From a virus (lineage: Duplodnaviria; Caudoviricetes): 64,000 nt of DNA. Shown one piece after another: positions 28,066-36,501 of the stretch. The stretch is taken from IMG/VR virus record IMGVR_UViG_3300049144_000095, positions 96,001 to 160,000 of that record; one strand, 5' to 3'. How positions within the stretch are numbered: position 1 is the stretch's first letter; each line of letters opens with the position of its first letter. The notes beneath the pieces were generated by a model that did not search any database, was not told the DNA's origin, and saw only the letters and a program-made list of their open reading frames with translations. Both the position numbers and the translations under genes were made by a program.

Positions 28066-28356
28066 ATGGGCGAGGTGAACACCAGCTACATCTACGCGTC
28101 CGTCGTGACGGATGGCGAATTCATCGACTCGCAGGAGTGGGACGGGATTCTCGACACGTATAAGGTCGAGTTCTACCTGACGGGCCCTCTCAACGTGAAC
28201 ACGCAGAACGATCTGCGTTATGGGTACGCCCTGTCGGGAGATGAGGCGTCCACTCTTCGGGATGGATTTCCTTCTGTTGACGATGCGGAAAAGCACGCCC
28301 GCCTGGTCATGCGTGCACACGACGCGAAGGCCTCACACATGGAGGCCCCCTTCTAG
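28066..28356 (+). CDS. acidic hypothetical protein
   Basis: ACGGAGAGG upstream. Confidence 0.75.
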   Translation: MGEVNTSYIYASVVTDGEFIDSQEWDGILDTYKVEFYLTGPLNVNTQNDLRYGYALSGDEASTLRDGFPSVDDAEKHARLVMRAHDAKASHMEAPF

Positions 28357-28400
28357 GGCTGAGATCGCCCTCGCCGGAACGGAACGGAGAAGAAAAGGTC

Positions 28401-28940
28401 ATGGAGAAGGCTGCTCACTGGGTACTGGACGGGCCGATCGAGTACGACGCCGGGGATCTCGGCGGTGACATCCAGCTCGGCCCGGCAGTCTCGGCCCGCT
28501 TCCGGAGCGACGACTGCCCGGAGGCGCGGTTCGAGGTCATCGCATACGTCACGGCGAAGACGTACTCGGAACTGGGCGAGTCGGAGCCGGACTGCCCGCA
28601 CGAGATGACCGTCCTGGAGCGCAGTGCCGACGGCGGTGTCCGGCGGGCGAAGATGCCGGAGGAGCACTCGGCGTGCTCCTGGAAGCCAGGAACGGTGGAT
28701 GTGCAGGCGCAGTACGTATATCGGATGAACGGCCGCGTGGACGAGTACGGCAACTACGAATCCGACGGCACCGACGAGATCACCTACGAGTGGGTCGGGA
28801 ACAACATGGGCTACCCCGGCGACACGCTCTCCTGGCAGCTTCACGTCGCCAAGCAAGACGCCCGACGGTACGTGGAGCGCTACGTGACCCGGGTGAACGA
28901 TTTCCTGGTGTGGGACGGCCGTACACGGCCGAACGGCTGA
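28401..28940 (+). CDS. hypothetical protein (tandem paralog of 28961-29389)
   Basis: Shared C-terminus A..DA..+V.R+..WDG. Confidence 0.8.
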   Translation: MEKAAHWVLDGPIEYDAGDLGGDIQLGPAVSARFRSDDCPEARFEVIAYVTAKTYSELGESEPDCPHEMTVLERSADGGVRRAKMPEEHSACSWKPGTVDVQAQYVYRMNGRVDEYGNYESDGTDEITYEWVGNNMGYPGDTLSWQLHVAKQDARRYVERYVTRVNDFLVWDGRTRPNG

Positions 28941-28960
28941 AAGACGGAAAGGGGAACGAG

Positions 28961-29389
28961 ATGGGCTGGGTACTGCACGAGGAGCCCTGGACGGACGACG
29001 GCGAGTACTCCCCGCTTCAGGTCGGGAAGGCCGCGCACATTCGCTTCAGGCACACGGACAAGCCCGGACGGCTGCTGACCATGAGTGCCTACCCGATGGC
29101 GCCGGAGGTCGAAGTCGTGACTCATAAGGACACGGTCGAGACGTTCCACGGCTACAAGGCCGACATGGACAAGCTCGCGGTCGAAGTACACACCGAGTTC
29201 ATGATCTGCGACGACATCCGCGACCCCGGGGGCACCGAGAACTGGTGCGACTACCGGTGCAAGCGCCTCAACACCGCCTACAGCGGCATCGATGGCGAGA
29301 AGGTTCGGGCGGCCGAGGCGGACGCTCTGAAATTCGTCCGCCGCTTCAACGGCGAGCGGGACATCGACTGGGACGGCGAGCGGTTCTGA
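28961..29389 (+). CDS. hypothetical protein (tandem paralog of 28401-28940)
   Basis: ACGGAAAGGGG upstream. Confidence 0.8.
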   Translation: MGWVLHEEPWTDDGEYSPLQVGKAAHIRFRHTDKPGRLLTMSAYPMAPEVEVVTHKDTVETFHGYKADMDKLAVEVHTEFMICDDIRDPGGTENWCDYRCKRLNTAYSGIDGEKVRAAEADALKFVRRFNGERDIDWDGERF

Positions 29390-29400
29390 GCCGGTGCGTT

Positions 29401-29434
29401 CGGGAGGACAGGACGCGCGTCCTGTCCTCCAGTG
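29401..29434 (+). repeat. intergenic stem-loop family member
   Basis: Perfect 12-bp stem GGAGGACAGGAC/GTCCTGTCCTCC then AGTG. Confidence 0.75.
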
Positions 29435-29461
29435 CACATCGGATCGGAGAAGGGACAAAGG

Positions 29462-29887
29462 ATGACCACCGAGAACACGCTGACCAGCATGATCACCGGT
29501 AACTGGGAGCTGTTCGCCTTCCTGTGGCCGATCGCCCTCGGCGAGCCGGTCGGCCCCGACGGAGACGTCTTCGGATACGGGGATGACCAGCTCGCCGAGT
29601 GGGTGATTCAGATGCTCAACGGCGAGACGCAGAACTGGCCTTCCCTACTGAGCCGCCTCACCTCCACCGACGCCGAGCTGTGGAAGAAGGGGCGTACCCT
29701 CATCGTCGCCCAGGTCGAGAATCTGGACGACGAGGGGTGGGCGCGAGTCCGTGAGGGGTTGATGACGGCTCACCCGGACCGCGAGATCCCTTGCCCGTAC
29801 TGTGCGACTCGGGTGCTGGCCACCGAGGACGCGTTCCACAAGCACTACCAGCAGGACAAGTGCTGGGAGGACGACGACGAGAACTGA
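29462..29887 (+). CDS. hypothetical protein with C-terminal C2H-type zinc motif
   Basis: CPYC...FHKH. Confidence 0.8.
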   Translation: MTTENTLTSMITGNWELFAFLWPIALGEPVGPDGDVFGYGDDQLAEWVIQMLNGETQNWPSLLSRLTSTDAELWKKGRTLIVAQVENLDDEGWARVREGLMTAHPDREIPCPYCATRVLATEDAFHKHYQQDKCWEDDDEN

Positions 29888-29907
29888 TCCGGCAGAAGGA
29901 GTGGAAC

Positions 29908-30090
29908 GTGAGCGGTATCGAGCAGCAGGTCAGTGCCGTCCTGGGTGATCATGCCAGCGACTACGACATACCGGGCATCGTGGAGGAGATTCACAGGTTG
30001 TACGGCCCGGTCGTCAGCATCAACGAAATCCACGGTCCTGCCTGGCTCGGAATCCTGGATCGCAACGAAGCGAAACTGATGAGGGCGTGA
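29908..30090 (+). CDS. hypothetical protein
   Basis: AGAAGGAG upstream. Confidence 0.7.
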   Translation: MSGIEQQVSAVLGDHASDYDIPGIVEEIHRLYGPVVSINEIHGPAWLGILDRNEAKLMRA

Positions 30091-30133
30091 ACGCGACCGA
30101 AGGAAAGCTCATCGAGCGGCTGAAGGGAACAGA

Positions 30134-30289
30134 GTGATCAAAGGCAAGATCGAGTTCACCGGAGAGACTATCGAGGACGTCCGGGCGGCGATCGAGGAGG
30201 CGCTGAACCGGATCAACCTCGGCAACATCACCGGCTTCGATCGCAACGAGTCCGGCAGCTTCAGCTTCGACGTCAACCACGACGCCTGA
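30134..30289 (+). CDS. small acidic hypothetical protein (51 aa; not in ORF track)
   Basis: MIKGKIEFTGETIEDVRAAIEEALNRINLGNITGFDRNESGSFSFDVNHDA; GAAGGGA upstream. Confidence 0.7.
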   Translation: MIKGKIEFTGETIEDVRAAIEEALNRINLGNITGFDRNESGSFSFDVNHDA

Positions 30290-30313
30290 ACTGGCCAGCG
30301 GAAAGGGGAGAAA

Positions 30314-30598
30314 ATGGAACTGACGGCTCCGCAGGGTGAGCACGAAATCACCCTTTACCAGCAAATGGACGGTGGCTGGACCGAGTTCGCCACCGGTCGC
30401 GGCAACGTCTCCGCAGGGGCGACGCGAAGCGATGTGGTGCAGGGCCTCACGGAGTTCGTCCAGGAGGTGCTGCGGAACAGCAGCACGCCTCGGGAGGAGC
30501 GTCCACTGCTGCATCAGGTGCTCGCTTCCGCCACGGTCCCTCCGTTCGGCATGATCGCCGTCAACGGCTTCGGTACCGAGATGGTTGTCGAAGCCTGA
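30314..30598 (+). CDS. hypothetical protein
   Basis: GCGGAAAGGGGAG upstream. Confidence 0.8.
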   Translation: MELTAPQGEHEITLYQQMDGGWTEFATGRGNVSAGATRSDVVQGLTEFVQEVLRNSSTPREERPLLHQVLASATVPPFGMIAVNGFGTEMVVEA

Positions 30599-30618
30599 AG
30601 CGGCCAGCGGCAGTTCGA

Positions 30619-30647
30619 TGGACGAGAGTGGCCTAGGTCAGTAGGAT
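30619..30647 (+). promoter_or_regulatory. sigma70-type promoter (TGGACG-17 bp-TAGGAT) with palindrome site 5 (30629-30640) in the spacer
   Basis: Exact 17-nt spacer; resembles the HrdB consensus TTGACN-TAGRRT. Confidence 0.7.
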
Positions 30648-30687
30648 GCGAAGGCCCCGGATCAATCAGGGCTCGGGAGGGAGAAGT

Positions 30688-31026
30688 ATGCAGAACGACA
30701 GGCCCGCCGACTTCTACGACGTCTGCGCCAGGCAGGAGGGTGTGCGCAGTCAGGTGTTCCGGTTCGAGGGGACGGAGCAAGGCTTCCTTCGGGCCAAGAA
30801 GTATGCACGGGACTACAACAAGTCCCTGCGGGACGCCATGGGCCTCACAGAGGTCGACCTGGAGACCGAGATCAGCAGCCTGGATTTCAATCGGCCCGAC
30901 CAGTACGAGAAGGCCCTGACGATCGAGTCCTACCGAGACCACTCGGCCTCGGTCCGCCCCGCCTACGAGATCCCCGTCATCAAGGACGGCGATCCGCTGC
31001 CGACCGACTACCCGCACGACTTCTGA
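30688..31026 (+). CDS. hypothetical protein
   Basis: GGGAGGGAGAAG upstream. Confidence 0.8.
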   Translation: MQNDRPADFYDVCARQEGVRSQVFRFEGTEQGFLRAKKYARDYNKSLRDAMGLTEVDLETEISSLDFNRPDQYEKALTIESYRDHSASVRPAYEIPVIKDGDPLPTDYPHDF

Positions 31027-31043
31027 CCCCGGAGGGACAAGAC

Positions 31044-31355
31044 ATGCAGGAAGCCGATCACTACCTCATCCACGTCCGCCACGAGGACGCTCAAGGCAAG
31101 GCCGAGTGGCGCGTGACCATGCCGCACAACGAGGTCGGCGCTGCGGTGCGGGAAGCTCTCCAGTTCCAGAGCAAGGGGCTCGTCACCTTCATCACCGGAC
31201 GGAATGACGCGGCGGAGATCCTATTCGTCATGCCGGTTGCGGCGTACCCGATCGCCGGTGTCGTCAACTTCGACACCGGCATCTTCGGCTGCCCGGACGA
31301 GCGCACCCGGGATGCGGTGATCGCATTCGCCGACAAGGTGGGCTGGACCGCCTGA
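31044..31355 (+). CDS. hypothetical protein
   Basis: GGAGGG upstream. Confidence 0.75.
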   Translation: MQEADHYLIHVRHEDAQGKAEWRVTMPHNEVGAAVREALQFQSKGLVTFITGRNDAAEILFVMPVAAYPIAGVVNFDTGIFGCPDERTRDAVIAFADKVGWTA

Positions 31356-31624
31356 TGGTCACGGCGAACGTGGACATGCAGGAGCCGACCAGCGGCATCA
31401 TCCTGGTCACCGGCAATCACGGCTACCCGGAATGCCCGCAGGCCCTTCTCGGCAAGGACGGCGAGGAGTGGTACGTCGAGGACTCCTACGGCGACCTCGA
31501 CAGGGACGGCAAAACCGCCCGGAAGGACTTCTTCGAGAAGGCCAGGACCCGGAAGGGGGCAATCCGGAAGTGGCTTGCCCACCTGGGGCTGGAGGCCGAG
31601 ATCAAGACGGAGCGCGAGTACTGA
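31355..31624 (+). CDS. hypothetical protein
   Basis: TGATG overlap. Confidence 0.75.
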   Translation: MVTANVDMQEPTSGIILVTGNHGYPECPQALLGKDGEEWYVEDSYGDLDRDGKTARKDFFEKARTRKGAIRKWLAHLGLEAEIKTEREY

Positions 31625-31674
31625 ATCGCGCGATCACGCAAGTGATGGCATTCGAGACGGAAAGAGAGAAGAGC

Positions 31675-32142
31675 GTGCACCTCAGCAAGAAGCTGGCATC
31701 CGACATCCTCACTGGCCTGATGAACGGCACGTACGAGGCGGAGGCGGACGAACCCGCCCTGGGCGGCGAGGACTTCCAGGACTGGATCAACGAAATCGCC
31801 GACCTCAAGGACGAACACGGTCCGGACATGGTCGTGGCGCTGGCCGAGTTCGCCGAGAGCTGGCTGCACACCGTCATCCGGTCCCACGAGGTCGACGACT
31901 TCGCCGAGCAGCACTTCAAGGGATCCGGCCACTCCAAGGGCGAGGTGCTGAAGAACTACGCCAGGCAGGACGACTTCGGCCTGGGCAAGCTCTGGGCCAT
32001 GCTCGACGAGTCCGACGGCATGGACTGCTTCAACTGGGACGACTACGCCGACAGCAACTCCGGGCTGGTCAACGGCCTGGCCTTCATCGGGCAGCCCGCA
32101 ACCGGCAACGCCGACACGATGTACCTCTTCGTGGAGGACTGA
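31675..32142 (+). CDS. ArdA-like acidic antirestriction (DNA-mimic) protein, putative
   Basis: 32 D/E vs 9 K/R in 155 aa; F.EQHF.G..HS..E...Y...CFNWDDYADS resembles the ArdA C-terminal pattern. Confidence 0.55.
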   Translation: MHLSKKLASDILTGLMNGTYEAEADEPALGGEDFQDWINEIADLKDEHGPDMVVALAEFAESWLHTVIRSHEVDDFAEQHFKGSGHSKGEVLKNYARQDDFGLGKLWAMLDESDGMDCFNWDDYADSNSGLVNGLAFIGQPATGNADTMYLFVED

Positions 32143-32177
32143 TCCTGGCCGCTGCGGGCTGGAGAAACGGAAGCGAC

Positions 32178-32381
32178 ATGAACAAGATCGAGCTTCGCAC
32201 CGCCGTACGAGACTTGCTCCTGGGCAAGTACGGGCCGGAGGAGATCGAGGAGGTCGAATTCGTCGGCCCCGACCCGGGGGAGCCGGGCGTCACCCTGGAG
32301 GTCGTGACGGACGACCCCTACAACCTCACGGACGCGACGGCCACACGCCGCTACCGCGTCACCTTCGAGGAGATCGACTGA
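32178..32381 (+). CDS. hypothetical protein
   Basis: ACGGAAG upstream. Confidence 0.7.
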   Translation: MNKIELRTAVRDLLLGKYGPEEIEEVEFVGPDPGEPGVTLEVVTDDPYNLTDATATRRYRVTFEEID

Positions 32382-32481
32382 CGCGGCCCTCTGGCGGCTG
32401 GGCCCCCCGGGTCCGGCCGCCGGGGAGCTGACTACCAGGTGGGTGAGACCTGATGTCAGTGGGATCGGAAAGGATGAAGAT

Positions 32482-32883
32482 ATGCAGATGATCGACTGGT
32501 GGACGGTTCGGGGTGAAATCTGGGGGGTCGAAAACCTCGATTTCAAGGTCGAGCTGCACCCCGTGGACGACTACATGCTGGTGGATCTCGACGGATACAC
32601 GGCCGTCGAGCAGATGGCCCTGAGCGAGGGGCACTGGCGCTTCGTGAAGGTCGTCGTCACGCCCGTCGGGAAGGATCTCATCGACCACATCTATGCACGG
32701 CAGAGCCGGGACGGTGTCGCGTGGGGGGACCTGCCCGATGGGCGGGTGGACCGGGACGACGTCCTCGACATCGCCAAGGAGCTGGCGGTGCAGGCGGTCA
32801 TCGAGCTGGACAGAGGCGGCTTCACCCTGGAGGTTGCCGAAGGGAGCGACTTCGCTCCTGAGAAGCTGACGGCACCGTTCTGA
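32482..32883 (+). CDS. acidic hypothetical protein (paralog of 14929-15354)
   Basis: TCGGAAAGGA upstream; W.FV.V.VTPV..WG.LP. Confidence 0.8.
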   Translation: MQMIDWWTVRGEIWGVENLDFKVELHPVDDYMLVDLDGYTAVEQMALSEGHWRFVKVVVTPVGKDLIDHIYARQSRDGVAWGDLPDGRVDRDDVLDIAKELAVQAVIELDRGGFTLEVAEGSDFAPEKLTAPF

Positions 32884-32932
32884 CGGGAGTCTGCGGTGCC
32901 TCGCTCGCCGGGGCGCCGTGGAGTCCTGCCAG
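32884..32932 (+). repeat. intergenic stem-loop family member (variant)
   Basis: CGGGAG-14-bp GU-rich stem-CCTGCCAG. Confidence 0.5.
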
Positions 32933-32953
32933 CCGGAAGGAAAGGAGAAGGGC

Positions 32954-33157
32954 GTGTTCACACTTCACCTGCACTACCCGCAGACCCCTGTCGCCAAGGG
33001 GGATGTGGTGACCGTTCGGTCGACCTACGTGCCGCCCATCGGCATGGAGATCTACAGTCCCCACTCGGCGGCGTACCGGGTGACCAACGTGCTCGCCGGG
33101 ATCACGGACGGGGTCCTCGACGAGGACTTCAACGTGCTCCTCGAAGCCACCGACTGA
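32954..33157 (+). CDS. hypothetical protein
   Basis: GGAAAGGAGAAGG upstream. Confidence 0.7.
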   Translation: MFTLHLHYPQTPVAKGDVVTVRSTYVPPIGMEIYSPHSAAYRVTNVLAGITDGVLDEDFNVLLEATD

Positions 33158-33171
33158 AAGAGGGGAGAAGG

Positions 33172-33462
33172 GTGAACGTCAGGGAACTGCCCCGCAAGGT
33201 CGACGGTCTCCCCGTCGTCAAGGCCACCTACCTGGGATGGCTCAACAACTACAGCGCCGAACCCGGCTACTTCTGTGCGGTCATCACCTACGGCGAGGCG
33301 CACACCGGGAAGGGTAACGGGTTCCACTTCTTCATCCTGCGGGCGCTCGGGCTGGACAAGCCGTGGCTCCGCATCGAGAGCGCCTGGGGCCTCGGGAACG
33401 GTGATGCCAACGCCAGGCTGACGGAAGCCGAGAAGCTGGCCGAGTGGCCGAGGGGGGACTGA
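33172..33462 (+). CDS. hypothetical protein
   Basis: GAAAGAGGGGAGAAG upstream. Confidence 0.75.
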   Translation: MNVRELPRKVDGLPVVKATYLGWLNNYSAEPGYFCAVITYGEAHTGKGNGFHFFILRALGLDKPWLRIESAWGLGNGDANARLTEAEKLAEWPRGD

Positions 33463-33800
33463 TGGACGTCGGGATCGATGGACCCAGCTCCCTCTCCGGT
33501 TTCACGATCCGGGAACTGCTGAGGGAGGCGGCCGGACTCGCCGTCGAAGAGGACGCGCCGGACGTCCGAAGGTCGGCTTGCGAGATGAGGGATCTGTTCG
33601 CCGGACAGGGCACGCCCCGCCTCTCCCTCGCTCAGGTTGAGGCGTACACCGAGGTCATCGAACTGGCCGTGGAGTATGAGAGCGGCGTGACACCATACCC
33701 ACCGGACGAGTTCGCCACGGAAGACGACCGCCGCTCCTACGCGGTGACGCAGCACGGCGAGGAGCTGGTGCACGCCGTGCGCTGGCTCGGTGGAAACTGA
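33462..33800 (+). CDS. acidic hypothetical protein
   Basis: TGATG overlap. Confidence 0.75.
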   Translation: MDVGIDGPSSLSGFTIRELLREAAGLAVEEDAPDVRRSACEMRDLFAGQGTPRLSLAQVEAYTEVIELAVEYESGVTPYPPDEFATEDDRRSYAVTQHGEELVHAVRWLGGN

Positions 33801-33820
33801 CTACGGATAAGGGGAAGAAC

Positions 33821-34159
33821 ATGAACGACGCGACCGGATTGAAAACGATCTCCTGCGAGAGCGGGCTGCACTTCATGGAGTCCAGCCGGGAGCCGATCTT
33901 CCACACTGTGGGTCATGACGGGTCTCACGGTCTGGCCACTCTGGATGTCATCAAGCTCTGGACCCGCCAGGTCATCACCAACGGCTACGACTTCGACGTC
34001 TACTACGCCGAACTGTACGCCGGGATGCCGAACGAACCGAAGCTGCTTCGCTGCAACCTCGGGTTCGCCGGAACCGACAAGAAGCCGAAGCTGATCGTCA
34101 CCATCGACAAGGACCAGGACGGCTGGCTCGCCGGGGTCCTCTGGACCAGCGACCTCTGA
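33821..34159 (+). CDS. hypothetical protein
   Basis: AAGGGGAAG upstream. Confidence 0.8.
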   Translation: MNDATGLKTISCESGLHFMESSREPIFHTVGHDGSHGLATLDVIKLWTRQVITNGYDFDVYYAELYAGMPNEPKLLRCNLGFAGTDKKPKLIVTIDKDQDGWLAGVLWTSDL

Positions 34160-34173
34160 ACGGAAGGACAGAC

Positions 34174-34401
34174 ATGGCAAAGACGCCCGGCGACAAGTGG
34201 CCGACGCTGTGCCAAGGCAAGATGCATCCGTGGGGTGAGAGACCGCCCGCCGCTCTGGCCACGTATGACCTGAAGTGGACGGTCATCGACTCGGATGGCG
34301 AGCCGGGCGGACAGGAGACCGCCGTGCGTCGCCTCTGCCCCGAGTGCAAAGCCCGGCATGAGGCGCATGGGGTACAGGTGACGCCTCACCGATTCGACTA
34401 G
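34174..34401 (+). CDS. hypothetical protein with C..H / CxxC
   Basis: ACGGAAGGA upstream. Confidence 0.75.
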   Translation: MAKTPGDKWPTLCQGKMHPWGERPPAALATYDLKWTVIDSDGEPGGQETAVRRLCPECKARHEAHGVQVTPHRFD

Positions 34402-34411
34402 GCCGGTCGGC

Positions 34412-34450
34412 TTCCGGGGGGCACGGGTCGCGCGCCCGTGCCTCTCGGTG
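34412..34450 (+). repeat. intergenic stem-loop family member (variant)
   Basis: TTCCGGGGGGCACGGG/CCCGTGCCTCTCGGTG. Confidence 0.5.
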
Positions 34451-34490
34451 GACCACCGGATTAGCACGTTACGGACAAGGAGAAGACGAC

Positions 34491-34805
34491 ATGTCGGGTA
34501 TTCCCATGATCCACAGGGACGGTACGAAGATTCTGCATCCGACCCTCTGGGTCGACCCGGACGAGGTGCCGGTCCTCTTCCTGGCGGTGAAGGACGGTGC
34601 GGTTGCGCTGGCTCACCCGGACTACATCGATGAGACGCTGCACTCGGTGATGCAGGGCGACCTGGCCCTGCGGGACGCCTGGGATCACTTGCTGGTGAAG
34701 ACCTCGGCGATGCCGTACCCGCAGCCGTGTGAGGTCATGGCGGACACGCTCGACACGGTCGCCGTCTGGGTCAACGGCGAGATGGTTTACCGGGCATCCG
34801 TCTGA
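34491..34805 (+). CDS. hypothetical protein
   Basis: AAGGAGAAG upstream. Confidence 0.8.
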   Translation: MSGIPMIHRDGTKILHPTLWVDPDEVPVLFLAVKDGAVALAHPDYIDETLHSVMQGDLALRDAWDHLLVKTSAMPYPQPCEVMADTLDTVAVWVNGEMVYRASV

Positions 34806-34847
34806 ACTGGGGCGCCGGATCAAGCACTGCACCAAGGAGGAGGGACG

Positions 34848-35285
34848 ATGCGCACACTTCCCGCTGAAACAGATCGCTACGCCTACGACATCGACGGAAT
34901 CCGGCTCGGTGAGCGTGGCATGGATGGGCCCACGCTCCGGACCATCCTCCTCGCCGCCACGGAGATCGGGAACGACGAGGGAGTTCACGACGACGAGGCA
35001 CGGGCGCAGGAGTTCGCCGAGACCTGCGAGACGTTCCACCGTCACCTTCAGCGCTACCGTCACCTGAAGGTGACGGTCCACGAAGCCCGGCTGCTCTTCG
35101 ATGCCTGCATGTCGGCCTGGAGCTACGCCGACCAGAACAACTACGGCGCCGAGTCCGAGGAGAACGAGGAGTTCCGCCTCTTCGCGCAGCACGGCGAGTT
35201 CATGCTGCGCGCACTGACCCGGCCGTGGGCGATGCTCGCCTACAAGGACGACGGGTCGCACGGCTTCTGGAAGGTGACGAACTAG
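34848..35285 (+). CDS. hypothetical protein
   Basis: AAGGAGGAGG upstream. Confidence 0.8.
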   Translation: MRTLPAETDRYAYDIDGIRLGERGMDGPTLRTILLAATEIGNDEGVHDDEARAQEFAETCETFHRHLQRYRHLKVTVHEARLLFDACMSAWSYADQNNYGAESEENEEFRLFAQHGEFMLRALTRPWAMLAYKDDGSHGFWKVTN

Positions 35286-35300
35286 CCGCCATTTCCACGG

Positions 35301-35336
35301 GAAGGGGCCTGCCTCATGGCGGGCCCCTTCTTTGTT
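35301..35336 (+). terminator. intrinsic terminator-like hairpin
   Basis: 13-bp stem GAAGGGGCCTGCC/GGCGGGCCCCTTC, loop TCAT, tail TTTGTT. Confidence 0.7.
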
Positions 35337-35339
35337 CTG

Positions 35340-35356
35340 TACGATGGCCTAGGTCA
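35340..35356 (+). promoter_or_regulatory. -10-like TACGAT fused to palindrome site 6 (TGGCCTAGGTCA)
   Basis: Immediately after the terminator; 16 bp before ATG 35373. Confidence 0.75.
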
Positions 35357-35372
35357 CTCGGGAGGGGTGGGT

Positions 35373-35834
35373 ATGCAGCCTCATGAATTCGCTAGTGCGC
35401 TCAGGGAGTTGACGATACCGGGCGCCTCGGTGCGACCGGCCGACGGGAAGTCCGGCTCGGGCCTTGAGTACGGCATTCTCGTCACCGGGCAGCACGGCGG
35501 CCGGATGGCCTGGCAGGTGGCGCTCCAGCGGGACGGCGTACAGCCGGGGAGCGGGTCTCCGGTCTTTCCGGCCGCCGTCCCGGCCGAGCCGGACAAGCTG
35601 GTGACTGCGGACGTCGAGGCTTCCATCGCGGCGTGGATAGGAGGCTCAGAGCTGGCCGCTCACGTCACTGACCTGGTGCGGTATAGCGCTACCGGCTCTG
35701 TCGGTGGCAGGCGGTACGGTCTGAAGCTCACGCTGGACGAAGGCGGCCGGGTGTTCATCCAGCCGCTGTGGACATTGGAGCCGGGCGAGGATCCGAACTC
35801 GGACAACAAGGGCCAGATCCGCGACGTGGTCTGA
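35373..35834 (+). CDS. hypothetical protein with internal duplication
   Basis: YGILVTGQHGGRMAWQ / YGLKLTLDEGGRVFIQ; GGAGGGG upstream. Confidence 0.75.
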   Translation: MQPHEFASALRELTIPGASVRPADGKSGSGLEYGILVTGQHGGRMAWQVALQRDGVQPGSGSPVFPAAVPAEPDKLVTADVEASIAAWIGGSELAAHVTDLVRYSATGSVGGRRYGLKLTLDEGGRVFIQPLWTLEPGEDPNSDNKGQIRDVV

Positions 35835-35853
35835 ACGGAAAGGGGAAGGGTGA

Positions 35854-36234
35854 ATGGCTGGCATCAAGGTGCGCAAGGGTGCGGAAGAGTTGGAGAACGG
35901 AAGTATCCGGCAGGTGGCCTGGCTGAACCTCACGATCTCGATTCAGCCCGAGGCGCACGACCTGGTCGACGGCCTCGGGAGCAAGTACTACCGTCACCGG
36001 GCCACCGCCGACGATGAGCAGCCGGGCGACCGACCGGCGGAACTGCCGACCGAGTTGACTCAGCGGCAGATCGCCGACATCTACCGGGAAGAACTCCTGC
36101 ACTGGGGCACCGCCAATCTGGCGACCTGGGGCGACTACCCCAGCCTCAGCTTCGACGAGCAAGAGGCCGCCCGAGGATGGCTGACCGAGCTGGTCGTCGC
36201 CGCCTTCCCGGAGATGAAGGAGTACGTCCGGTGA
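35854..36234 (+). CDS. hypothetical protein (paralog of 53620-53925)
   Basis: ACGGAAAGGGGAAGG upstream; W..EL+...FPE. Confidence 0.8.
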   Translation: MAGIKVRKGAEELENGSIRQVAWLNLTISIQPEAHDLVDGLGSKYYRHRATADDEQPGDRPAELPTELTQRQIADIYREELLHWGTANLATWGDYPSLSFDEQEAARGWLTELVVAAFPEMKEYVR

Positions 36235-36479
36235 GTTACAGACTGGATGTGACCCGGCCGGACGGCTCCGTGTTCACCTACGACGACCCCAACGGCCCCT
36301 TCGTCAGCCCTACTCACGCCGCACTGATGATCGGACGGGTGTACCGGGAGGAGGGATGCGGTAACCGCATCTCCTTCGCTGAACTGAAGCGGGTGATGAG
36401 CGAGGTGGCCAGCGCTTCCCCGGGAACGCCGATGAAGCATCACGCACTGAGCTACACCTTCACGGTCCAGCCGGTCTGA
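36231..36479 (+). CDS. hypothetical protein
   Basis: GTGA overlap. Confidence 0.7.
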   Translation: MSYRLDVTRPDGSVFTYDDPNGPFVSPTHAALMIGRVYREEGCGNRISFAELKRVMSEVASASPGTPMKHHALSYTFTVQPV

Positions 36480-36501
36480 CCAGAGGAAAGAGAGAAGAAC
36501 G

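Noticed and set aside
30061-30120. CTGATGAG...GAAG hammerhead-like core
   Set aside because: A15.1 is G, there is no stem I/III or NUH site, and it lies in a coding 3' end
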